The notes below the pieces were generated by a model. That model was not told where the DNA came from and made no database searches. It was given only the letters and a program-made list of their open reading frames with translations. From IMG/VR virus record IMGVR_UViG_3300034072_000446: a stretch of 20,000 bases of DNA; one strand, written 5' to 3'. The position numbers were made by a program, and so were the translations under genes. The DNA is from an uncultured virus (IMG/VR IMGVR_UViG_3300034072_000446). Taxonomy: Duplodnaviria > Heunggongvirae > Uroviricota > Caudoviricetes. Below are positions 1 through 9,628 of the stretch, piece by piece (position 1 is the first letter of the stretch; each line of letters opens with the position of its first letter).

Positions 1-905
1 GCGGATCCCGCGCCGAACTGGTCGGCATAGGTCATCCAGTCATCGGCACTCTTGAAGATCAGGAACCGGGCATCGCCGCGCCGGTTGGCCAGCGCCCCGC
101 TGCCCATCCCGCCGGGCGCGCGATCCTTCCAGCCATCGCTGCGGATCGTCTCGAACACGTCGCGCAAAGCCAGCTCAAGGCTCTGTTGCGTGAACGGCCG
201 CCCGGTGCGCTGATCGATCATCTTGCCCAAGTCGAGCCGTGGCAGGATCTCCGCGCGCCATGCCTCAAAACCGGCGGCACGCACGGCGCGGCTGTCGTGG
301 GTCTGGGGCAGGCCCCACCGCTCGAGCTTGCCGATATCGCCGCCGGCGGCGTTGAAGCGCTGGCGCAGCATTTCAGCCGTACGCAACCAGGCGTCGGCCA
401 ACTCGCGCGCGTTCGCGTTGCCGGTATTTTCGCCAAAGGCTTCGCGCACGATATCGGCCAGCTGCGCCTTGTTGCGCACTTCACCCAGCAGGTTGCTGGA
501 ATGCTCGGACAGGATCCGGTCCATGATTGCGTGCGCCCGGCCGCGCACCGCCCGCCAGCGGCCCTCGACGTTGGAATAGGTGGCGCGGCCGTCGCCTCCC
601 AGCATGGCAGGTCCCGCGCGCGGGTCGATGGGACCATCCCCGCCGCCGCCATTATAACCGCGAAGATCTGCCTCGATGCGTTGGCGCGCCCGGACCGTCT
701 GCGCGGCAAGGAACTTCTTGCGCGCCGCCTCAGCCGCCATGGCTTTCAGCGCGGCATCTGTCGCCATGGCATCGGCGGCCTGGTCGCCAAACTGCCGCCG
801 GAAATCCTGTTGCAGTTCGTCGAACAGCGCACCGGCGCGATCGGCCTGCTCCTGTGTCAGCTTGCCTTCGGAAACAAGGCCAGGAAGGCAGGGCTTCATG
901 CTCAT
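1..905 (-). CDS. Large internal virion (ejection) protein, 5' part only; runs off the left edge and is absent from the ORF track
   Basis: ATG at 903-905 overlaps the TGA of the upstream gene (ATGA). The frame is open for 301 codons to the window edge: MSMKPCLPGLVSEGKLTQEQADRAGALFDE...RQRFNAAGGDIGKLERWGLPQTHD...RFLIFKSADDWMTYADQFG. These motifs recall the last internal virion protein of epsilon15/phiV10-like podoviruses, and the position fits. Confidence 0.75.
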   Translation of the reverse strand, partial: MSMKPCLPGLVSEGKLTQEQADRAGALFDELQQDFRRQFGDQAADAMATDAALKAMAAEAARKKFLAAQTVRARQRIEADLRGYNGGGGDGPIDPRAGPAMLGGDGRATYSNVEGRWRAVRGRAHAIMDRILSEHSSNLLGEVRNKAQLADIVREAFGENTGNANARELADAWLRTAEMLRQRFNAAGGDIGKLERWGLPQTHDSRAVRAAGFEAWRAEILPRLDLGKMIDQRTGRPFTQQSLELALRDVFETIRSDGWKDRAPGGMGSGALANRRGDARFLIFKSADDWMTYADQFGAGS

Positions 906-3838
906 AGCAAGCACCCCTTGATCGCCTCGATCGCCGCTTCGTCGCTGGCGATTTCGTCCTCGATTTCCTTCAAGGTTCGCGCGCCCTTGCCGTCGCCCAG
1001 GTCGAACGTGGGTTGGTCGGCCGCATCGAACAGCGGCGTGCCCATCGTGCCGTCCTGCTCGGCTTTGGCGCGCATTGGGGCCTCGGCCCCAAGCTGTGCC
1101 TTCTGGCGATCGAGCGCGGCAATGTTGGGATCGACCTCCGCCCGCACGTCGTGCCAGGCGCTGTCCGCTACTTGGGCAATGCCGTCTCCGGCGGGATCGT
1201 CAAAGGCGGCGTGCGCCTGTTCGTCGATCAGCGGCGAGCCAAGCCCCGCCGCCTCGATCTCGTCTAGCTCTTTCGGGCTCGGTCGACCATTGGCTGTACC
1301 AGATCCAGCGTCCGTTGCGCCCGCGCGCGCAGATCCGGCGTCAACCGCTGATCCTGTGCCGCTTTCTGCAGTCGCTCCAGCTTCACTGGCGAGATCATAG
1401 TAAGGATCCTCGATCTCGAGGTAAGCCGCCTCGAGCACGTCGTCGATATCGCGGTTTACCATCTCAAGCACGTAGGGTGCAAGCTCGTCCGCACTTGGCA
1501 GGTCGGCTTCCCGCCAAGGCGGCAGGGTGTCGGTCCCGTCTGCCAGCAGCTGCTCGAGCCGAGCAACATCACCGCTCAGCATTGGCGCGGTACCAGCGAC
1601 GTCGGCCGCCTCGTTCCAACGGTCATAGCGCTGCCAGAACCGGTCCTGCTCGGCCACGTCCGCCGCCACGTCCGGGGCATCTTCCTTGGGCCGTGCAAAG
1701 TCGGCCGCCGTGGCCTTGGGCTCGGGCGCCTGGTCCGCGAAGCTGTAGCGCTTTTCCTTCTTGCGGATCGCGTCGTCCAGCCAGGCGATCAGTTCCGTAT
1801 CGGTCGGTCGCGGCGTTGACTCCGGCGGCCCGAAGTAACCTGCATCCCATAGCAGATCGGCCATGTTGTCGAGGCCTTGCCCCGTGGGGCGCAGCAGCGG
1901 CCCCGATTGCGGCACGAAGTAATTCAGGTTGCCGCTGTTGCGCAGGTCATGGCCCTTGCTGTCGATCTTGTCGGCAAGCCTCGGATCCAGCCCGTCGTAG
2001 GAAATGCCGCCGCGCCGTGCGATGAACGTCAGGGCATCTTCCGGCCCCCGCGCCATCCTGCGACGATAGATCCCGCTCTTGGTCAGGGTCAGCCGGCCTT
2101 CGTCGACCAGCTTCTGCAGGATCGGCTGCAGGCTGTCTTCATCCGTGCCCAGCTCGCGCGCCAGCCCCGGCATGTCGTTCAGCGAGATCTTGCGATCATC
2201 CACGATCGCGCGCATCGCGGTGAACAGCCCATCGTTCACCACTTCCGGCCGCAAGGGTGGTTGCGGGGCGATGTCTTCCACCGCGACCGGCTCGGGCATG
2301 TCAACCAGCGGTCGCTCGGCGTCGAGCGCGGCAGGGCGCACCGTCGCCATATCGCCCACCGGCGCGATCGCGCCCGGCTCGCTGCCCATCCGCTCGGCCG
2401 CCCAACGGCGAAAGCTGCCTGCCGTCATCCCCTCGAGGTGCGGGTTGGCTCGCATCACTTCCGGCGTCAGCAGCTGCGCCAGCGGTGTGTCGGCGGCCGC
2501 ACGGAAGATCTTGCCAGCGCCGCCGGTGCCCATGTGGTGCACCACGTAAAGGTTACCGGGACTTGCCTCGATGCCATTGCGCTGCAACCAGGCCGCGTTG
2601 TCTTCCGTAAAGGCACGCATGACGCGTTCCTGCACGTCGCCCTGGTTCTTGCGCGCAAGGATCCGCTCGTCACTCAGGCCGGTGTTGGGGAAGGCCTTGC
2701 GATAGTAGGTGACGAACGTGTCATCGATAAACCCGTATCGTCCCGCCGCGCTCGATGTCTTGCTGCGCGCGCTGTCGTTGCCACCCGACTCTTGGGCCCG
2801 CGCCGCCGCCATGTAGCGCTCGATCGAATTGCCCAGGCCTTCGGCGATCGGCTGTGTCACCGGCGCCGGCGTGATCGGCAGGCGATCGCCCGCCGTCATG
2901 CTGTCCATCACCTCGCGGATCCGCGCGAAGTGCGCGTCCAGCCCCTCATGTGTGTTCACGAAGGGATTGGCCGACGCCACTTCCTCGTGCCGGGTCAATA
3001 CATTCCACGCGGCCGCAACGTCCGGCGGCATCAGGTGCTTGGGGCTGGCCTCTTTCAGCGCCTGTGCCGCGCGATAATCGAACGGCGCGGCCTTTTCGTA
3101 AAGCTTTGCGCCAACCTTAGGACCATAGGCGATCGCGCCGGCAAAGGCGGCATTCGCCGCGCCACCGATAAGCATATCGTTCGCCAGTTGGTCGGCGCTG
3201 TAGCCTTCCCCCATGTTGACTCGAGCATGGACGCGCGCCGGCGTTTGCAACGCCGTGCCCAGCGCACCGGCATAGAACTGCGCGATCAGGAATTCGGAGG
3301 CTGTCTTCGTCCCGCCACCCAGCAGCAGCTGCGGCAGGTTCTCGGCCGAACCGGCCGTGGAAATGCCGAACGCCAACATCGGCGCGATCTGGCTGCCAAA
3401 GCCCCCGCGCGCTGCCACGGCCATGTCCTTTGCGCGCTCGCCCTTGCGCGCATAGGCCCAAGTGTCGAACTCCGCTTGAGTCTTGGGAATGTCGGCGAAG
3501 GCGCGCGGGTTCAGGCGGCGCGCCTCTTCCACGTCGCGCCACAAAGCTCCGAACCGTTTTTCAAAATCGGTGCCCCAGTAACTCGTCCACTCCGGGTTGC
3601 GATAGCGGCTGCGCTTGCGACCCATTCCGACCAGCGCAGTCTCGAGATCGTCGTAGGCCTTGGCCCGGTTATTGAAGTTGCCGGCCTCGTCGTCGTCCAG
3701 GGCAAGCCGCCAGTTAGCCGCCGCGGCGTCCAGCCAGCTGACGGGACCGGTATTGACGGACTCGCTGTCGCTCGCCTGTCGTTGCGGCATGGTGCGGTCC
3801 TGGTCGAGCCGCGGCCGCATCGCCGCCAGAACGCTCAT
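902..3838 (-). CDS. Internal virion/ejection protein (978 aa) with a central lysozyme/lytic-transglycosylase-like domain
   Basis: Motif AQESGGNDSARSKTSSAAGRYGFIDDTF...NLYVVHHMGTGGA (about 2385-2826) has the catalytic ES, a G-x-Y-x-F motif and the YxxH-x-GxGGA pattern of phage virion muramidases. ATGA overlaps with both neighbours; lies in the ejection-protein block. Confidence 0.8.
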   Translation of the reverse strand: MSVLAAMRPRLDQDRTMPQRQASDSESVNTGPVSWLDAAAANWRLALDDDEAGNFNNRAKAYDDLETALVGMGRKRSRYRNPEWTSYWGTDFEKRFGALWRDVEEARRLNPRAFADIPKTQAEFDTWAYARKGERAKDMAVAARGGFGSQIAPMLAFGISTAGSAENLPQLLLGGGTKTASEFLIAQFYAGALGTALQTPARVHARVNMGEGYSADQLANDMLIGGAANAAFAGAIAYGPKVGAKLYEKAAPFDYRAAQALKEASPKHLMPPDVAAAWNVLTRHEEVASANPFVNTHEGLDAHFARIREVMDSMTAGDRLPITPAPVTQPIAEGLGNSIERYMAAARAQESGGNDSARSKTSSAAGRYGFIDDTFVTYYRKAFPNTGLSDERILARKNQGDVQERVMRAFTEDNAAWLQRNGIEASPGNLYVVHHMGTGGAGKIFRAAADTPLAQLLTPEVMRANPHLEGMTAGSFRRWAAERMGSEPGAIAPVGDMATVRPAALDAERPLVDMPEPVAVEDIAPQPPLRPEVVNDGLFTAMRAIVDDRKISLNDMPGLARELGTDEDSLQPILQKLVDEGRLTLTKSGIYRRRMARGPEDALTFIARRGGISYDGLDPRLADKIDSKGHDLRNSGNLNYFVPQSGPLLRPTGQGLDNMADLLWDAGYFGPPESTPRPTDTELIAWLDDAIRKKEKRYSFADQAPEPKATAADFARPKEDAPDVAADVAEQDRFWQRYDRWNEAADVAGTAPMLSGDVARLEQLLADGTDTLPPWREADLPSADELAPYVLEMVNRDIDDVLEAAYLEIEDPYYDLASEAGATAESGTGSAVDAGSARAGATDAGSGTANGRPSPKELDEIEAAGLGSPLIDEQAHAAFDDPAGDGIAQVADSAWHDVRAEVDPNIAALDRQKAQLGAEAPMRAKAEQDGTMGTPLFDAADQPTFDLGDGKGARTLKEIEDEIASDEAAIEAIKGCLL

Positions 3839-5838
3839 TTTGCACCTCGGCGATAAACGCGGGTGACGTAGACTTGACCTTTTGCTGTCTTTACCAACGA
3901 CCCGCCTGGGGTCTCCCAGCGATAGCGATCAGGAGCGATCCACACCGGGTAGGCATTGTTGAGGTTGTAGGGCGTCCCATCGAGATTGACCGGGCCTTCG
4001 CCGCGCTTGTCATCCATGCCGCGCTGCCGTGTGACAAGGATCTGGAAGCTGCCATGATCCAGATCGTCGGGCAGGGCATAGGGTTGGCCACCGGCCCAAT
4101 GGCCAATCCCGCCAAGATATCCGCCGTTCGGCTTGTAATACCCGCCAAGCGCGAGCGTCGCCGCATTGCGGATGTCGCCGGGCGTCAACGAATTTATGTT
4201 CCGCCCCTTTGACGCAAGCCACCCCGCCAGCCATTGCTCGGAGATCTGCTTTACCGCGCTTGCTTCTTCAGGTCCGGCATTCCGCAGAGCAAAGTCGATT
4301 TCAGATCTGGCGATGCCCAGCAGCTGATGAGCACGATCGCCGCCCGGAGCTTTGCGATCAGGCGTCAAGAATGTGCGATCTGCCGCCAGCTTCTCACGTC
4401 CCTCGAATACGGTCGCGCGCGCGAGTGGCCGGATCAGGGACTCATGCCGGAAGCTGACATCGTTGGGCATGATCTGACGCGCCGCCACAGCCCGCTCAGC
4501 CGATGGCATGGCGTCCAGCCCTTTTAGCACTTCTCGCCGCCCGGCCGCGCCGCTGGTGACCCGCTCGCGCAACGGCACCAGCTCGTTGTCGGAAAACACC
4601 GGCACCGGGCGGCCTGTGGCTGCCGAGTATTGACGCCGCCATTCCAGACGCTTTGCCACCGATTGCGGGTCTGCCGGGTCCAGCACAGGTGGAACGCTCG
4701 ATCCCGTGCCATACTTGGCCGCATAGCCAACGGGATCGTTGTTGAAATCACTGTCCATCGCGCTGACCGCGCCACTGCGCGCGTATTGCAGCTCACGATC
4801 TTCCTGGTCGGTACGCTTTTCCTTGCCACTCAAGGCCGCAATGCGTTGCTCACGCTGCACCGGCGTCATCGCGCGATAGACTTTCGCGAAGGCATTGTTC
4901 GCCTTGATGCCGTCCAGCTCCAGCGCGGCTGACGTATCCCCCATGGCCGCCGCGGCCTGTATCAGCTGGTCGATACGCGCCGGATCCACTTCCAGCCCTT
5001 GGCTGTCCGCCTCTTTCAGCGTTGCAATCTGCTCGCGGACCGCCGCCTTCTGCATGTTGGCTTCATGCTCGGCTTGCGCCTGCACGCGCCGGATCTCCAC
5101 GTCGGCGCCGCTGCGCAGCTGCTCGAGCTGCTGTGGTTCGAGCACGTCGTTGAACGCGCCGGCGTCGATCAGCCCGCGCGCCACTGCGGGATTGTCGTCA
5201 ATTCGCCCGTTGAGGAACGAAATCGCAAATTTCTGGTGTGTCTCGCGCTTCAGCTTGCGGCGCGTGTCCTCGTCCAGGTTAAGGCTGTCGATATAGGCTT
5301 CGGCCAGCGCGGACTCATCCTGGTACGCGTTCTGATCGGGCAGGGCGCGTACGCGGTTAGCGCCGATATCGGAATATACCTGTGCATCGTCCAGCGTCTT
5401 GGCAACGCGCTTGCCCTCCGCCCAAGTGCCTTCGCGCTCGAGGAGTGACGAACCGAACGCGATGAACTGCTGTTCGGCCTGGCGCTTCACGCTGTCTTCG
5501 GTCAGCCCGGCAAACAGGGTTTCGCGGCCTTTCTCATAGGCCTGCCGCATCGCCTCGGTATGCCCGACGCCGCCGGGTGCCGCACTGCTGCGCGTCGCCC
5601 GTACCGTCTCGTCCATGGAAAGACGGAACTCGGCAAAGCGCCGGGCAAAGTCCGTCGCCTCGGCATCGGCCGTCGCTGCCCGCTGGATCTTGTAATCGTT
5701 GATCTGGCCCTGATGGAAGACTTGCCCGGCCTCGCCGATCGAGCGGCCAAGCCCCGCGCCATAGGCCTCGGGCGAAACCTGCACGGCCACGTCCTGCGCC
5801 CGGGCTCCAACTTGACTGTCGTATCCGCGCGTCGCCAT
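3835..5838 (-). CDS. Internal virion protein (T7 gp15-like position), 667 aa, largely alpha-helical
   Basis: Long ORF rich in Ala/Gln/Glu/Arg. The N-terminus (VSPEAYGAGLGRSIGEAG) is typical of podovirus core proteins. Translationally coupled on both sides. Confidence 0.7.
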   Translation of the reverse strand: MATRGYDSQVGARAQDVAVQVSPEAYGAGLGRSIGEAGQVFHQGQINDYKIQRAATADAEATDFARRFAEFRLSMDETVRATRSSAAPGGVGHTEAMRQAYEKGRETLFAGLTEDSVKRQAEQQFIAFGSSLLEREGTWAEGKRVAKTLDDAQVYSDIGANRVRALPDQNAYQDESALAEAYIDSLNLDEDTRRKLKRETHQKFAISFLNGRIDDNPAVARGLIDAGAFNDVLEPQQLEQLRSGADVEIRRVQAQAEHEANMQKAAVREQIATLKEADSQGLEVDPARIDQLIQAAAAMGDTSAALELDGIKANNAFAKVYRAMTPVQREQRIAALSGKEKRTDQEDRELQYARSGAVSAMDSDFNNDPVGYAAKYGTGSSVPPVLDPADPQSVAKRLEWRRQYSAATGRPVPVFSDNELVPLRERVTSGAAGRREVLKGLDAMPSAERAVAARQIMPNDVSFRHESLIRPLARATVFEGREKLAADRTFLTPDRKAPGGDRAHQLLGIARSEIDFALRNAGPEEASAVKQISEQWLAGWLASKGRNINSLTPGDIRNAATLALGGYYKPNGGYLGGIGHWAGGQPYALPDDLDHGSFQILVTRQRGMDDKRGEGPVNLDGTPYNLNNAYPVWIAPDRYRWETPGGSLVKTAKGQVYVTRVYRRGAK

Positions 5839-6284
5839 CAGCCTGCACTCGTGCCGGCACGCGCAGCGGCCCAGTCATTGTTCATGCCTTTGGCAGCCGA
5901 AGCGCTGCCAAGCAGGCTACTGGCCAGCTGGAAATAGCCTTGCGTCCGTGTCGCGCTCGCCTGTTTCCTCAGCGTCTGCGCCTTCACCGTGCCTTCTCGC
6001 CTTATGCGCAGCACGTCCAGCGCGGCATTGATCTGGCTTTCCCGCAGATAGTCGAGCGTGCTGCCCGTGCCGCCCTCGATGCCGCCGGAAAACTGGCTTG
6101 CGAGCTGCTGGCCGATCGCCTCGCGCGCCTGCATCCGCAGGTCCGCCTCCTGCTGCACCGCCGCCTGCTGTTCTTCCCACGCCTGCGCATCCAGCGCCGC
6201 CGCGTTGGCCTGGCTCGCCTTGAACTGGCCGATACCTTGGATGATGGGCCCCGCAATGGCCGCCGCAGCTGGCAGGAACGACAT
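5838..6284 (-). CDS. Small internal virion protein (T7 gp14-like position), 148 aa
   Basis: The true start is likely the ATG at 6284 (MSFLPAAAAIAGPIIQGIGQ), which overlaps the upstream TGA (TGATG) and follows a GAGAGGA RBS. Hydrophobic Ala/Gly N-terminus, Gln/Ala helical body and SGGIEGGTGSTLD motif are typical of this ejection protein. Confidence 0.75.
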   Translation of the reverse strand: MSFLPAAAAIAGPIIQGIGQFKASQANAAALDAQAWEEQQAAVQQEADLRMQAREAIGQQLASQFSGGIEGGTGSTLDYLRESQINAALDVLRIRREGTVKAQTLRKQASATRTQGYFQLASSLLGSASAAKGMNNDWAAARAGTSAG

Positions 6285-6796
6285 CAGCGGATCCTCTCGA
6301 ACAGGACATGGGTTTCGCTGGCCGCGCCGAACTTGCGCAAACACGCCACTGCCGTCAGGCCTGCCATCATGGCCCACCGGCAGGGGGCGGTCGGATCGAC
6401 CATCACGCTGGTCAGCAACTCGTAGGGATCCAGATGCGGAAACCGCGCAAGGATGGCTTCGGCGTCATTGGCAAGGGCCACCGCCTCGATCCTTGGCAGC
6501 GGGCTCTCAGCCACGATCCGGTGCGCAAAGCGGGTCAGTGGCACATGCGCGGCGCCCAGCCCTTGCGCGAACAGTGCCATCGCCACGGCGCTGCGGCCGG
6601 GGAAATTCTCCGCAATCGAAATGCAGCAGATGATCCGGTCGCCGTCCAGCGCCGTCCAAGCATCGCGCTGGTCGGCCAGCGCTTCGGCTTCTTCCTGGGT
6701 AAACTGCGTGGGCAGCCCCATCTGCAAGGATTGGCTCGGCTGCACCACGATTTCAGCCAGGTCCGATGGCACCATGCGGCGAACGTGAAACATCAT
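6284..6796 (-). CDS. GNAT-fold / T7 gp13-like virion-associated protein
   Basis: Sits between the nozzle and the first ejection protein. The C-terminal RIEAV...RWAMMAGL...LRKFG...HVLFERI pattern resembles the degenerate acetyltransferase fold found at this position. Confidence 0.6.
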   Translation of the reverse strand: MMFHVRRMVPSDLAEIVVQPSQSLQMGLPTQFTQEEAEALADQRDAWTALDGDRIICCISIAENFPGRSAVAMALFAQGLGAAHVPLTRFAHRIVAESPLPRIEAVALANDAEAILARFPHLDPYELLTSVMVDPTAPCRWAMMAGLTAVACLRKFGAASETHVLFERIR

Positions 6797-9024
6797 GCGT
6801 CCCCGCTCTCGATCTTGAAGCTCATCATCGCGATCGTTGCCGGCAGCGGCGCGTCGCTAACCAGCGTCACCGTCGTGTCACGGTCCGGCTCGCTTGTGAT
6901 CTGCACCTTCACGTCGCCGGTAAAGGTTGGGATCTGCGCGTCCATTGACGCATTGGCCGGTCGGTCGATTGCATCCTCAAGCCGCTCGCCAGTCGCACCG
7001 CCCTTGATGCCAACGGTTTCGACCAGGCGGACAAAGGCATGGGCGATGCGCTGCAGGAAGCCCTGCCATCCGCCCGGAGCCTGCACATAGGGTCGCAAGG
7101 TCACTGCCCGGGCAGTGTAGGGAAGCCCCACGATCAGCGTATAGGCGAACGGCGGCACCAGTTCATCGGGCAGCGTCAGCACCCCGTCATCGTCCACGCT
7201 TTGCCCGGCAATCACGCCACCACCCGCCAGCACCGCCACGTCTTGCCCGGCAAGGTGCGTCAGGCCCGAAAATGTGGCTTGGCCTGCCGTAGCTTCCACG
7301 CGCACGCCCGCGTCAACGAAGAACGATTCCGCGATATCGTCGCCCAGCTCGCGCCAGTTCGATTGCTTCCACACCTCCTTGCGGGTGCCGCCGGGCGTTT
7401 CACGGCTCACCAGCACCCACAGGTCATCGCGCTTGCCGTCCTCGCCCACCACGGCCACTGCTGAAAGGATCTGCGCGTCGCCGCCGGGGATCAGGCGCGC
7501 AAAGCCTTTGACGTCACCCTTGTTGATCGGATGCGTCACGATCTGGCCATCACCGCGCACGGCATGCAGCAGGTTGTTCGGCAGGCGCTGCACCGCCAGC
7601 TGGATCACGCCCGGTGCGGTCACATGGCGCGCCGCCGCTGTCAGATCGGCGGCAAGGTAACGGTCGCTACCGAAATCGTAGGCCGCACTACGCAACCGGC
7701 GCCCGCCACGCTCCACGAACACAGTCTCGCTACCCAGCTGGATCGGGAACACGGCTTCGCTGCCATAGAAGCTTTGCGGCTTGCTATCGATGTTCGAGCC
7801 GGAAACCGCTTCCTGCGAATTCAGCGCGCCGATCGCCAGTTCGCGCGTTGCCGTACCACACAGCAGGCTTCTGTCGCCCAGCGCCCACAGCGGCGGATCT
7901 TCCACGGCCAGCCTGGCCCGAAACGCCATGTCGGCCGCTACCGTGCCTTGCGACGTATATGCCTGGAAATTCAGCAAGTCGCCGCTCACGCTGGCGCACA
8001 CGTCGAATCCCTTGATGTGGATTTGCCGGCCAAAGGCATGAACCACGATCTGCGGGTAACCGGCGTCGGCACTCCAAACCGAATAGGCCCAGCGATGGCT
8101 GGCAACGCTCGTCAGGCTTCTAGGCAACCTGCGGATGACATCGGCTGTGCAAGAAAGGCCATCGCCCGCCACGGCTGTGATCCGCACGATGCCGAAGCGG
8201 TCATGGATATATTCCCACAACACGCCGAACGGCCCTTGATCGCTCATGTTCTTGTTGCCGGAACCATCCCATTCGCTGCCGCTTTCATGGGTCGGCGGGA
8301 TCGTCCCGGTCGTTCCGCCATAGGCCGCCCGGTAAACCTTGCCTTCGTTACGCCGGTAGTCGGAAGTCCCGAGATCCTTGATATTGGCTTCCCACGCCTT
8401 CACGTCGGAGAAGTCCTTGGCTTCGATGCGGAACAGGCTGCCCACATGGCCACTGCGGAAGATCGCCGAATTGGCCGTAATTGTGATGGCGCTGCCCGTC
8501 GTCGCCGAAGCAGTCACGGTTACCGCCTCATTCGTGTTCACGTCCTGGAACGGTCCATTGGCAAACGCGCTCACGGCAAAGGTGAACGTCGTCGGACTCG
8601 TGCGTGTCAGCGATGCAGGCGGATAGCTGGCGTGATCGATGTACAGCCGGTCGAAGCTCTGCTGTGTCGAAAGCTCCGGCACATGCGCCGCAATGTAAGG
8701 TGTGGCCACTTCATAGGCGACGTCTGGCGCGGTTTCGATCCGCCCGCCGTTGGTATAGAAGCGGACTTTCAGGTTGCCCCATTCGATCACGTATTCCTGC
8801 GCGATGGAGCGCCGGAAGGCTGTGAGCCATACCGCCGTTTCATCGGCATCGCGGATGAATTCAAAGCCCTGCCGCTTTACCAGCGGCCCCTCGTTGACCG
8901 GCACGAAATTTTCGCAGGCTTGCAGGCCGAACTGGTATTGCTGCGTATCCACGCGGCCGAACAGCAGCGGCGAGATTTCGCCCGCGATGAACGCTGTCAG
9001 CAGGTGGCGCAGGGTGCGCGCCAT
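6793..9024 (-). CDS. Tail tubular protein B / nozzle (T7 gp12 or P22 gp10-like), 743 aa
   Basis: N-terminal FIAGEISPLLFGRVD...Y..GLQACENF...GPLVKRQGF, internal TQQSFDRLYI, VFVERGGRRLR and the C-terminal VGLPYT motif are characteristic. Confidence 0.9.
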   Translation of the reverse strand: MARTLRHLLTAFIAGEISPLLFGRVDTQQYQFGLQACENFVPVNEGPLVKRQGFEFIRDADETAVWLTAFRRSIAQEYVIEWGNLKVRFYTNGGRIETAPDVAYEVATPYIAAHVPELSTQQSFDRLYIDHASYPPASLTRTSPTTFTFAVSAFANGPFQDVNTNEAVTVTASATTGSAITITANSAIFRSGHVGSLFRIEAKDFSDVKAWEANIKDLGTSDYRRNEGKVYRAAYGGTTGTIPPTHESGSEWDGSGNKNMSDQGPFGVLWEYIHDRFGIVRITAVAGDGLSCTADVIRRLPRSLTSVASHRWAYSVWSADAGYPQIVVHAFGRQIHIKGFDVCASVSGDLLNFQAYTSQGTVAADMAFRARLAVEDPPLWALGDRSLLCGTATRELAIGALNSQEAVSGSNIDSKPQSFYGSEAVFPIQLGSETVFVERGGRRLRSAAYDFGSDRYLAADLTAAARHVTAPGVIQLAVQRLPNNLLHAVRGDGQIVTHPINKGDVKGFARLIPGGDAQILSAVAVVGEDGKRDDLWVLVSRETPGGTRKEVWKQSNWRELGDDIAESFFVDAGVRVEATAGQATFSGLTHLAGQDVAVLAGGGVIAGQSVDDDGVLTLPDELVPPFAYTLIVGLPYTARAVTLRPYVQAPGGWQGFLQRIAHAFVRLVETVGIKGGATGERLEDAIDRPANASMDAQIPTFTGDVKVQITSEPDRDTTVTLVSDAPLPATIAMMSFKIESGDA

Positions 9025-9025
9025 G

Positions 9026-9616
9026 TCAGCTCACACCGCCAAAGCGGGCAAGGATCCAGTCGCACTCTTCCTGTTCGATTGGCGGATTCTCGCGCGCGTC
9101 CACCCGCTTTCCGCCCGATAGCGCGGCCCGGTATTCTGCCCAGGCGGCGCTCACGTCAAAGTCCGCGCCCTGAACTTCCCGGCCACATCGCCACGCCAGG
9201 CGGCAGGCGAAGGCTTCGGCGAATGTCTCGTCCCAGCTCGCTGGCTCGGTCACATCGTCGATCCAGCGCGCATAAAGCGGCCCCGCACTGTTGCACAGCA
9301 CCCGCCCTTTCTCGAGCTGGTAGGAATCGCGCGCGTCGGAATTCAGGATTTCCACAAGGCGCAAAGCCGAGGCAGGCAACGCAAAGGCCGCCGAATAGGG
9401 ATAGATTTCGGTGGCCGGAACATCGGCAATCTTGGCCAGCGTGCCGCGCCCGGCGGCGAAATTCCACGCCCCATCGCGCAATGTCGCACGGCGCTGGGTA
9501 GCCCATACCGCCTTCAGGGTGCGCGCCACTTTCCGATCGTCGTCCAGCGAAACGATCGTGGCACTTGCCCCCATCTTGATGGCTGCAATGTTTGCAACCT
9601 CGGCTTCGCTGGACAT
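9026..9616 (-). CDS. Tail tubular protein A / adaptor (T7 gp11-like), 196 aa
   Basis: SEAEVANIAAIKMGA..IVSLDD, WNFA, AFALPASALRL and WDETFAEAFACRLA motifs; immediately upstream of the nozzle gene. Confidence 0.88.
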   Translation of the reverse strand: MSSEAEVANIAAIKMGASATIVSLDDDRKVARTLKAVWATQRRATLRDGAWNFAAGRGTLAKIADVPATEIYPYSAAFALPASALRLVEILNSDARDSYQLEKGRVLCNSAGPLYARWIDDVTEPASWDETFAEAFACRLAWRCGREVQGADFDVSAAWAEYRAALSGGKRVDARENPPIEQEECDWILARFGGVS

Positions 9617-9628
9617 GGCGCGCGGCCC

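Noticed and set aside
2058..2233. The winged-helix motif as a Z-alpha (Z-DNA-binding) domain matching the CG-alternating core
   Set aside because: It lacks the Z-alpha N-x-x-L-Y helix residues and the P-P-x-W wing, so it is only a generic wHTH pattern.
186..9501. Long plus-strand ORFs (186..1400, 1877..3856, 7531..9501 and others)
   Set aside because: They are antisense shadows of well-supported minus-strand genes in high-GC DNA, with Arg/His/Ala-biased translations and no motifs.
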